A DNA stretch of 64,000 nt from NCBI GenBank assembly GCA_964270895.1, contig OZ185435.1; one strand, 5' to 3'. The notes under the pieces are model-generated. The model ran no database searches. It was not told the origin of the DNA and saw only the letters and a program-made list of their open reading frames with translations. Shown here one piece after another: positions 37,043-49,000 of the stretch. This stretch comes from Podarcis filfolensis (taxonomy: Eukaryota). A program made the position numbers and the translations under genes. Every line of letters begins with the position of its first letter. Positions within the stretch are counted from its first letter, which is position 1.

Positions 37043-40000
37043 TTAAAAGTCTATGGCTTCATAGGAGGGCACAAGATGTTCCTTGTGCACAAACTTTGCC
37101 TTTGGATTACCCTCTCTGTTCTTCAGTAATGAATATTTTTGTCCAATCATGTTTGGAGTTCCCCTGACTTTGGCATGATGTTCATTTTCCGACTTCAGAA
37201 CCATGTAGTCAATTTTGAGTGGTTTCCATTTGTATTCTCGGTAGGGAATAATCTGTGACCTGCTTTGGTTCAGATTCCACAGGTTTTTGTTGTCAATAAT
37301 GCTATGAGATTTCAAAGAAAGACTTCGACGCAGCATTAAAGTCACAGAAGGCACTTCAGGATTCCACCACATGGACCTAAAAAAAGGGTTGGGGGAGAAA
37401 AATAGTTCTTTTAAATAATTAAATTTCAAATACTGTATTGTAGATAAAAAGTGGTATACAAGCACTTGTAATTAATTAATAAATTGAGAGTGAAAGAAAT
37501 TCATTTCACAAAGACATAGTAGGGACCAAGACTTAACCACAACCTAAAGGTATTAGCATTTAATGCAGTTCAAAGCAGGAAAATGTCAGTTATCAGGGTT
37601 AGACTCTTAACTTGAGCAATTGTATTTACCGTATTTTTCGCCCTATAGGACGCACTTTTTCCCCTCCAAAAATGAAGGGGAAATGTGTGTGCGTCCTATG
37701 GGGCGAATTCAAGCTTTCGCTGAAGCCTGGAGAGTGAGAGGGGAGAGCCCCAGCGCCAGCCCCACAAGGTCGGGGAACAGAGGGAGGCGGAACGCCGCCA
37801 TCCCGCTGTCTCCCGAAGTGGTTTGGAGGCTGACGGCGGGGAGACCCCGCCGCAAGCCCCGCAAGCTCCGGGGACAGTGAGGAGGCGCAGCGCGTCTCCC
37901 CGCTGTCCCCGGACCTGATCTGAAGGCGGGCAGCGGGGAGAAGAGCGCTTCTCCCCGCTGCCTGCCCCGCAAGCTCCGGGGACAGCTGGGAGGCGCAGCG
38001 CGTCTTCCCGCTGTCCCCGGACCTGGTCTGAAGGCGGGCGGCGGGGAGAAGAGCGTGTCTCCCCGCTGCCTGCCCCACAAGCTCCGGGGACAGCTGGGAG
38101 GCACAGCGCGTCTCCCCGCTGTCCCCTGACCTGATCTGAAGGCGGGCGGTGGGGAGAAGAGCACTTCTCCCCGCTGCCTGCCCCGCAAGATCCGGGGACA
38201 GTGGGGAGGCGCAGCGCGTCTTCCCGCTGTCCCCGGACCTGGTCTGAAGGCGGGCTGCAGGGAGAAGAGCGCTTCTCCCCGCTGACGGAACCACAAACGC
38301 CTGGGGGGGGAAATAAAATTTTTTCCCTTTATTTCCCCCCCAAAAAACTTGATGCGTCCTATGGGCCGGTACGTCCTATGGGGCGAAAAATACGGTAACA
38401 TGTCTGGTTGTTTGTTAAATAACAGTTGCAAGGACCCCTGAATAGAAACAGGACCACAGTATACAGGGAGGGGAGGGGAGGAGCTTCTCCCTAACAACAG
38501 AAGCAGTTTCCAGGAGCAAATTTCATTTAGACTGCAACACAGTAGAAAATGGGCCCTACCATGGTCCTAATCCCAACAAGTTTCCAGCGGCCATTTAACT
38601 AAAATTCTTAGACATATGCAATAAAGCATAATAAAGCATGTAGTTTGGCCTTGATTTCTGATTTTCATTCATGTTCTAAAAGGTGAGAGAATACAATACA
38701 GTGGTGGTTGTTTTACCAAGCCGGATTAGCAATCGCTGGAATGCTGACAAAGATTACCGGTACTTTTGTGTGTCTCAACCAAGTAGCCTTTTATTAGTTG
38801 AATTATCATATAGCTCAAAGATAAATGAAGGGCAACTAGCCAAGGCTACTTTCCAAGTTTCACCTTGCATGAAATAGAAACTACATCACACCACACATTA
38901 GCCACCCAGCCTCAATTCACCTAGTTTAACCTGATTATAATACACACACACCAGGCAACAGTCAGTGAGTACAGAACATGCCCTTTACACAGCCTCAGCA
39001 TGTAAAGAGCATTCACATCACACTACACACATAACTGTAAACCTTACACCATAAGCGTCTTGTGGCCTCTTAAACACTAAACAATTCCTTATGGGAACAA
39101 TGCATACACATGGTTTTCTTGGGGTGGGAGAGGGGTTGTATACATGATGAGGGTGGCTGTAAATGAGGTCCAAAAACACAGATGAAATACTTATTTGCAG
39201 TATACTGTATTCCACAAAAGCTTATGCCACAATAAATGTATTTGCCTTTAAGGTGCCACAAGACACTTGTTGTTTTTGATGCAAAAGACTAATCCACCTT
39301 GCTTCCTGGAAGTACATGTAATGTTTTCCTGCACATGTATCATCATGTAAGTAAATTGTAAGTGAAAAGGCCTAAAGTTAGACAATTAAATCAATGCCAT
39401 TTCAGAAGGCTGTCATGGTGCCCAGGAGGAGTTCTGACCCGGTAGTACCTGTGTCGTTTGACTCCAAGACCACGAGGACATTCGGATGAAACACAAGTGC
39501 CTGTAAAGAAGTAAAAGGAAACACAAATGCCAAATCAAAACGAAACAGCAGTAGTGCATTTCTGGCTGGACTAAAGTCAGCAATGATGTGAATTTTCCTT
39601 AATGTCTTGTTTCACTTAATACAATGGTTTAGATTTGGTGTCTGACATACATTCCAGTTAAAGAGAACAAGTACCCATCTTGTCCAGATTCACATCTAAA
39701 TTTGTCTTCTTCATCTGGCAGAATTTTCTTATTAGGATCATTCACTCCTAAGTGCTCATTCTGTCCCTTAACCTCACAGGTAAATTTGTCTGCTTAACTA
39801 CCCCAGTCCTGTACCTGCATTCTGTTTCTCATGAAGTTCTTCATCAGGCTGTAAATGGAAGGAAAATGGGTGCTGTTTGATGGGTGACTTTGTGAGGCTC
39901 CGTCGCTGTTCTATTGATGGAATCATAGCTACGAGGAGCGGCTGGGGACCCTTGATCTTGATCTCAGGTTCAATTATTGGGATGTTCTGCTTACCCAAAG

Positions 40001-43000
40001 TGAGTTCTACAGAGTGGAAAGACAGAGGTAAGATGAAGGAACGTAAAATGTCTTCAAAATATCCTCTGCAACCAGAAAGCCTATATTCTGCCATGAATTC
40101 AGTACATTGCAAGATAAATGTCTGTTACAAATACTCTGATATAGCTCAATATTGCCCCCTAGAGTGTCTGCAAAGAAAGATATGGGCAAAATCCAATTGT
40201 GGCATCCTGCTTCCACAACTGCCAAGTGGCGCTGAATAGCCCTGTTTTTTCAGTCAATTTTAATTGCGATTCCATACCAATGGGTAGAGCTTGGTAGAAT
40301 GCATCTGGGCTGCCTGAGTTTTATGCCCCTCCCTATACTCACTCCTCCCATACATTCCACTATCTTTTTCTTTTCTGGGCATGGGGTGGTGGTGGTCTGC
40401 TTACCTTAAAAAAAGAAAAAACCCAGAAAGTGTGCAAAAGCACAACAGTGAATATTGCCAGCCTTATTTATCAAGTGGATGCCAGTTCCCATTTTCTTTT
40501 TTGAATTTTTAAAATACCACTATCTTGCAAAATTGGTAAATGGGTCCTGAAAGTGCTGTACTGGTTATAAGTGAATGATGGCACCTTGAGACCCATGTAC
40601 CTAAAAGAGACCTCTCCTACTATCAACCATCTTAGTCCCTACAACCAGTAGTATAAACTCTGTTGGTGGTTACACCTCTGGCTAGTGCCCAGTTGGTGTT
40701 GACCCATGTTAGAGCCTTGGTGGCAGTTCAGTATTTGTGAAATGCCCTTCTGAGTGAGGTGCATCTGTCTCCCTCCCAGTACTGTACATTTCCGAGCACA
40801 ATTCAAAGTGATGTTACTGACATTTAAAGCCCTAAACAGCCTCAGCCCAGTATACCTGAAGGAGCGTCTCCACCCCCATCATTCAGCCTGGACAGTGAGG
40901 TCCAAGGCCCTTCTGGCAGTTCCTTCACTGCGAGAAGTTACAGGGAACCAGGCAGTGGCGCCCTTCCTGTGGAACGCCCTCCCATCAGATGTCAAGGAGA
41001 TAAAAAACTACACAACTTTTAGAAGACATCTGAAGGCAGCCCTGTTTAGGGAAGTTTTTAATGTTTGATGTTTTATTGTGTTTTTAATATTCAGTTGGGA
41101 GCCACACAGAGTTGCTGGGGAAAACCAGTCAGACAGGTGGGGTATTATTAATTAATTATTAACTTTCAGATGGAACTTTAAAAAGTTTCTGTATATCCAG
41201 GTATTTGATGGCTGAAAGACACTTTTTGGTAACGTTGAAATTATTAACTGAAAAGCAGCAACATGGTCAAATCCACACTTTACATTTTAAGGAACATAAC
41301 ATCCTCCAAAGAATTCTGGAAACTGTAGTTGACCCTTCAGAGAGCTGCAAATCCCAGTACCCTTAACAAACTACAGATACCACTCTTCTGTTAGAAATAT
41401 ATGCCATCCTCTCCCTTGTACTTGCAAGTATACAGAAACTATTTTAAAATTCCTGTTTATGTATACAGTACAGGCAATCCTCATTTTGCAGAGGTTACAT
41501 TCAGGATCCCCTGCATGTTAGTGGGGCCTGCATAAAGTTTTTCACCCCACCCCTATTCCACTATGTTAGTGATAGTTTAATGACATTTTTGGGTCACTTC
41601 TGGGTTAGGCACTGTGTGCACGTGTGCAATCACACGTTAGTTGGCCGTTGCCTGTACATGAAAAAAAACAGGTGCATATCCATATATGTGCTCATGTACA
41701 CTACTGTAAAAAAGGGCAGTGGACACTTAGTTTCGCTTAGTTGAGAATTGGACTAGGCTTTGATTATAATGTAATCCAGAGAAATTTATCACTTGATTTA
41801 TATGGGCCTAGGTACAGGTGCAATTTGGAAATTAGGGAAAAGGAGTAAACTTTTGCCTTCTGTCCCCATCATGTTTGTATATTTATAAAGCAATAATAGT
41901 TAATCATGGTGGCATGGTAATGGCTCCTGTCTGCCACAACTTTCTTTCGCCATAACACAGACATGTATACACCCCCCCAAATAAAGCCATTTTCTGCAAT
42001 GTGTGTAAGGATAGATTCCTCACCTTGATACTTCTTATCTACGTTTTCTTCTTGCGCAAATGTAGAGAGTGAATTTTCTAGATTTCGGTTCTGTATAAAA
42101 GAAATGTAGAGAATAAATCAGTATCTGACTTTCTTATTTTTATATATGCCTCATAATATGAGTATTAAAGTGCACCATATCTCTTTTTTTTTTCACCGTG
42201 TAGGCACATTCATTGCCCATGTGTGTCCAAGTGTTGCTCACCAAAACATTTCCATACCCTATTTTACCTTTCCCGTTGATAAACAGACTTTCTTCTCTTC
42301 AGTCAACCAGGAAGACTGCCTTTGTCCTTTTGCAAGGGTCTGTTTTCTGCTTTTGATCACATATTTATTTTATTCAATTCACAAACTAAGCTAAGCAATG
42401 CTGAAAAGGCTACCTTTCAGTATGGACTGATACTTACCTCAAAGCCTCCAACACCACTTTATTTTAGATGTACCTCATAGGCAGCATTTTTCTTACATTG
42501 GTTTGCATAAGTATAGGAAAGAGTATAGTACACTTGTGTACATCTATCATGTGAAGATCACACATATGCCTGTTCTGCTGCATGTTCGGAAGCAGTGATC
42601 CCTTTATCCTTTTCTCTGTGTTTTCATATTAGAAGTATGCACTCAAACCCAAGGGACTACCATTGTAAGTGTTCCTACCCCATTATTTCCCTCCAGACAT
42701 ATTTTCCAGTAAATGCCCACTAACTGTATTAGGTCCTAAGGTTTCTAGTACCCTTGACAGTAAAATTTGGTTATTTTTATATCTTCTCATCTCTCTTTGA
42801 TGTGTCCAAAGTGTACTGTAGGATTTCTCCAAAGCATTTTATCAGCCCTCTAATCTTGTTAAATTTCCTTGGCAATATTAAAAGAGCTCTTGGTTCAAGC
42901 ATCTCTCTTTGTAGTTTCTTATATGCTGTGATGTCAGTCATCTTTGTGATACCCTATATCAGTGGTTTTCAACCTGAGTCCACGGCTCCCTTGACCAACC

Positions 43001-46000
43001 ATGTTCTTTTTGCTGCTCCTCCGTGGAAGTCACTTACACTGGGGTTCCATTAAAGGACATGCATAAGTGGGGGTTTCCCCGTTCCGCCCCCACTCCATTC
43101 CGCCATGCCCCTTTTCGGTGCCCTTTTTGGGGCACGTGTAAGTGGGAACGCATGTGTCGACAGGAACCCAAGTAATGCCACTGCTCTGCAGGACCGAGCT
43201 GATGCATCCCGCAAGGCATCCCCAGCATGCCTTTTCCTAAATTACCGGTAATGTGCAAATGGGGGGAGGGAGGGCGAAACAAGATTAACATCAGAAGGAG
43301 AAATATTTTGTTATTATTCCGGGAATCCTTGTCACGTTTTAAGTTCTTTTGTCTGACACCGGCATACAACTGTATTTTGCAAAGGCACATGTTAAGATCT
43401 TTCGTATCCTTTGTCTTATACCTGCATACAGCAGCTGCATACAACAACCATACTTTGCAAAGGCAGATGTGGAACATTACAAAGAAAAGTTCATCTTTTG
43501 CAAGCCTACTCCTTAAAGTTGTTGCATTTGACACTTGTATTTGCTAAGACATACGTGGAACACAAAAAGCTTTTATTTGGATATTATGCTTAAAAAATTG
43601 ATTCATTTGTACATACGTGGAACACAAAAGCTTCTATTTGGACATTACGTATATAAGAACTGATCTATTTTTATTTCCTGTTCTAAATGTTGGTCCTTAA
43701 TTTCTTCTACTCAATTAGATAATGTGAAAAGAGTTGTTTATATGATGTATAAGGAATTTATATAGTTAAACACAGCTAGTTACGTTGTGGGTATATTTGT
43801 TAGTTGAAATTACGTAACTATCAGTTTGACAGTGTTGTGTAAGTTGACACTGTCCTTTTCTGCAACATTCTCCCTGTCCTGATAAAGTTTGGTGACTGTT
43901 AAGGAAGAGGGGAGTGCCTGTGGCGAGATGTAGAGAAGAAGAGGGAGGGAGGGATGTTGGAGGTAGGAGAGGGAAACACAGACACTTTCAAGGTTATTTT
44001 AAATCCCTTCTTATAGAGCACACACACATCTTGGCACACACACCATAAAGCTACTTTGCTATTTTCTTGCATTTCTCAAGCCCTCTGTGTAAAACTAAGG
44101 AACTGTTACTTAGTGAAGCTGAGAGGAGGATTTTTGTTGGGGGGGGCGGTAAGATTTTAAGAAGATAAACAGTTTTGCTGTTGTTTTATTTCGGGAAGAT
44201 AATGGGCTGCAAGTTAATGCTGCCAGCTCCCCTGAATGTTCCTAAGAAGGAAAGAGAGAGATAATGAAGGAAGATATGAGCTATAAGTTAATGAAAGGAC
44301 AGCTCCCCTGTCTCTCCTGAACGTTTCTCAAGTCACTCCGGAGTGCCACGGCACATTGGTTGAAAACCAAAGCCCTATATTAAATTCTTGTTATAGCTCT
44401 CTAAATGTATGGTCGCCAAATAACCACTGAAATGGTCCACCGCTCACATGTTATTTTAGTAATTAAGATAAAATGTTATGCGTAGTGTGGCAATATGTTT
44501 TGTGCAGCCACCTACAACATATGCACTCAAAAGGGAACAAGTTTATGCTTCAACACTATATCCAATCTAACATTTCCTTAAAGTATTTTTCAAATATTTA
44601 TTTCAAGCACATTCCTTTATTATTCATATCATGGGTCAGTCTCCAAGATGAATTGTGTAGTGCAGTTCTTTAGTGTACTAATACACTTATAAATTTCATC
44701 TGAAAGGCACTGAGCATACGGTGAATTGTAACAGAAAATTAGATTCCACAAACCAACCTGACACACACAGAGTACTTGATTCATTTGCTTGTTCTTCTGT
44801 TCTGAACTGTTGTCTCTCCATGATCTCTTGGAAAGGCTATGATTTTTTTCAACACTTGGAGAAATTGTGCTTTCCTAAAGGAATTTAATAGAGAGATGGT
44901 ATCTTGGCTCACTCTGAAATCACAGTGAAAGGATTCAATGGGATGCTGTCCAAGGTCTCTTAACAGAGACTCCTTATTCCACTCAAACAGGAAAAGCAGA
45001 GGAGAGTCGAGAAATTCAGAGGAGGAAACGGTCACACAGAGAGAGTCCCATTCAGCACAAGATACTTCACACATGGTTGAAGGTTGAATAGTCTCTGCAG
45101 TTACAGAAGTGAACATTTATCAATTTAATATTGTACATATAGGCAAATATGTATGCCTGCCATCTGATCAATATAATAAACATGAGTTCTGGAACATCAT
45201 GCATTCTAAATCAATTCAAATAGTTGGATATGGGTGGTCTATTGATATAATGTGCCTTGACAAGTAGAGTTCTTCAAACACAATCCTTGCTAATGGTCTT
45301 AAAATGCAAAATAATGAAAATGTCCTTTCACCAATATCTTTTTTATAAAGTCATTTCATTGATTACTCATCCATTAATCAGATCAGGATGACCAACCAGC
45401 AGTTGGTAAAGAACATCGGCATGGTTTTGTCTGGGCCTCACAACCTGCTACTAATGCTAACAGATTTGGAGTACAGGACAGGGTGACACAATGGTGAAAG
45501 TTCATTGGCTTCCTCTTTCACAAGCAGAGATACAATAAAAGAAGTCAGTTATCTAATGCCATTGATGCTATTGCAGCAAGAAGCTAGTACCCTCCACTTT
45601 TTGCCCCCTCAGTGGAACTTATTTGAATCCAGAAACTACTTGTAGGTCACATCCACTCAAAACAACTCTTTCACACCTGCAGCAAAGGTTTGCCCCTTCC
45701 CACCATCTGACAAGAAAGCCAAATAAATTGATTTACACCTCTGGTCCCATCTCCCTGTGCCATTGGCAAATGCTAATGATCAAATTGTCTCTGTATATGT
45801 GATGGATCTTAGGCATGCCAAGCTGAGCTGGCTACAGAACAGGCAGATTGCCTTCCTATCTAATTATACCCTCCCACAATCTTCAGGAAATAAGAAAGTA
45901 GATGCCTCTTTTTGATGACCTACAATGTGCCATTTAGTTGCCTTGTTTCAGCAGCATATTTAGGGAGGGGTACAGGGGGCAGGCCACCCCAGGCGGTGCT

Positions 46001-49000
46001 TGGCTGGTGGGGTGGATGTGTGCTCCTTCCGTCATCCTCCCTCGCTGCGCCTCCTCTCACCTGGCAACTAACTCTAGCCGCACTTTGCTGGCAGGATGGT
46101 GCCTGGTGCCCCGTAGCGATTCTGCTTCCCCTTTCCTTTGCAGATCCTCCTTCCCCTTTCCCCGTGAAGCAGAAGATGGGCTGCTGCCCAGTCTGGTTTT
46201 GCAACTGTGTGAGAGAGAAAACCTGGAGAGAGGAAGGGTTGGGGGAAGGCTTCCCTCCAAGCAAAGCTGGAGTAAGCAATAATGTGCACACAGCCCAGCC
46301 AACCCCCTTATTATTTTCCTCCCCTCAACGTCTCAGAGATCAATTAAAAGTGGTGAAGAGATCAGACTACCATCTCCCGTCCTTTTTGGAAACAGGATCT
46401 TTTATCAGGATTAAACCATTTAAATGGCAAGTTTAGAAGATAAGCACTTTGGAGTATTGCTTGCTTATAATGTGTGTGTGTGTGTGTTTGGATCTAGAGG
46501 GCAACTTACATGTTTATGCCATGTGTATACAACCAACTACAAAAGCAGAGTCTCATTTACACTGAAAATAAAATACCATTGACCATTGGATAAGCTGAGA
46601 AATAGTGACTGGCCCAAGGTCAGATGGTCAATTTGTGGCTGATTGAATATCTGAAATTACATCTCTCCAGTCCTACAGAACAATGCTAACTGTGCCCTGA
46701 AGGATGATGAGAGTGGGAGATCCACTGTCAGTTTGAATTCCTTCTGGTTCCTGCAGTGAAGGGTGGATGGTGGGAAGGGCTATTTTCTTGAGGTTTTGCT
46801 GCACCAAGCTGGAACAGTAGAGAAACACAAATTAGATCTCTAATCTTAGTGTGCTTGTGTAGGATCCAATGGATCCTTTGGTTGCCCAGTTCAGCCTCCA
46901 CTGGGCCCCATTCTGGGACTCTTAATGTGGTCTGCTGATGGTCTTAAGTGGAAGTCGGGCTTCAGCTGCACTGAAGCTGATGGTGGAGAGGAGTCAGCAC
47001 TTCATCTTAACCCACCACCCCTGCATCATAAGGGACTGCCCCACAGGCTGCCAGGCTCTGTAGCTGATGGAGGTGGGGCTCACAGATGATGAACAGTGAG
47101 AGAGGCAGCAAACTCAGTGACTGCCCTGGGCAGCAAAAGCCCTAGCTACACCACTGCCTTGTTTTGCATTCTTTCTGTACTGTCTTTTAAGAAAATGTAT
47201 GTCTTTGAGTTTATCATTTGTGTATGATATATTCTTAATTTAAAATATTTACTGCCTGCCCTTCCAATTCTTATAAAAGGACAGGCTGCAACAAAAAATA
47301 AACTATAATAACCATATCAATAAAACAATGAACAAACTCATAAAAAATGCACAGAGGTAGCCAAACAAACAAACAAAGCAGAGAAAGACATTAAAACAAA
47401 ACAAAAAATTAAAATGCCTGAGCAAACAAATACATCTTGGCTTGGTGCCAAAATGATAGGAGTATCAGTGCATGTCATACTTATGAACAGTGTGAAAGCG
47501 TGTGAATGAAGGCACACACAACACAAACATGGGAACAGTGCCCCATATATATATTGACACCCTAGTGTAGACACAACTATAAATGGAACACTTTGTGAAA
47601 GAATACTCCTGTTTTTTGTTTGACTTATGTATTTATTTTATTTGGTGTATCTAGTTGAACATATGAACCTTCTTAAACTGAGTCAGGCCTGTTTACTCTG
47701 ATTGGCAGCAACTTTTCCTGGTCTCAGGCAGATCTTTTTTTCAGCCTTGCTATGAGATTATTTTTCTGAAAATAATCAGGGATTAAATATGGAACTCTTC
47801 ACATCCAAAGTAGATCGTAGTGAATTTCAGTCCACAAAATGCAATTACCCCCCATGCTTTTCTGTAAAGAGGGGGGATTATGACAGAATCTTAGGGTCAT
47901 ATCCAACTGTGTCACTCCTGCTGATGGAAAGCTCTTTGATTCAGTGGCTACTTCTGTCAATGGAATGAGGATAGAACCAATTTGTGCTGATTCCACCTTC
48001 TTCCTGCAGACCCCTACATGCCTCCAAAATCTGTTCCAGTAGATTGGATGACCCTTTCAAACACTATGTGCAGGTGGCATGGGTACTGTAGTGAAGGAAT
48101 TGACAAAAATCCCCCCCTAACTTGGCTAAAGCAAACCTCCAATGGATTAAATAATCTTCTGTTATTATAAGATATACCATTGGATGCAACCTTTAGGTAT
48201 GCATTGGATGACGTTGCTATATGTGCAACTAAACTATCTCCTGTCCAGGAAAAGAGTAGGCAGCCACTTATTGACAGTTGAAGAAAAACAGCATACCCAC
48301 TAACCATTTTGAAATATGGCGACCCTTGCTACTATTATCATTACTACCACTACTAATGAATCACAATCTAGTTAATTAGACCACAGCATATAAGAAATGT
48401 TAACAGCTGTGTGCTGGACAGATGGATGTTAAGGAACTATAATTAACCTGCAAGGGTATAGTGGATAGTGCCCATAATGATGACAAGGAACAACTACCTT
48501 CATCCCCACTCTGCTTTGTAATCTTTAAAAATGTCACATTTATAATTGTGGAGTTTAAAAAAAAAATTAGGTGTAAGGTCTCCTATTGTACCCTTCAGGT
48601 ACAGATCATTCATATGACCCCTTAAAAAGAAAAATAATTATGTGTCAGACACTAACAAGGCTACCTGCTTCCTCACAGCAATCCTGTGCCATTAACAAAC
48701 TTTTGTATTCCGTACAGTTGAACTTTAAACAGTATTTGCTGTTGAAAAATGGGGGAGGCACAGATGCTCTCTGGGGTCACCTTGCCCGAGGTGCTTTACA
48801 CTAAGGAAGGACATTCCAGAATAACTCAGCACTGCAGTAGAAAAGCAGTGGTGTTCCTAAAATGCTAGGTAGTGGGTGCCACTGGCTGCTGCACAGTAGA
48901 CAGCAGGAGGGTAGCTGGAAGCTGGGCAGGCCGGTGGCAGCAGGCAAAATGGTGGTGGGTGGGTGGCCAGGCCAGAGGGAGCATGTAGATTCTCTTCTCC

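Noticed and set aside
37626-38497. 222-aa and 262-aa ORFs
   Set aside because: Both arise from the 108-bp tandem unit inside a Tigger-like MITE; the peptides are 36-aa repeats with no domain.
43034-43547. 166-aa and 106-aa ORFs inside the hAT element
   Set aside because: No transposase or other motifs.
45912-46436. 174-aa plus-strand ORF and overlapping minus-strand ORFs
   Set aside because: No recognisable domain or splice-consistent partners; probably decayed repeat sequence.
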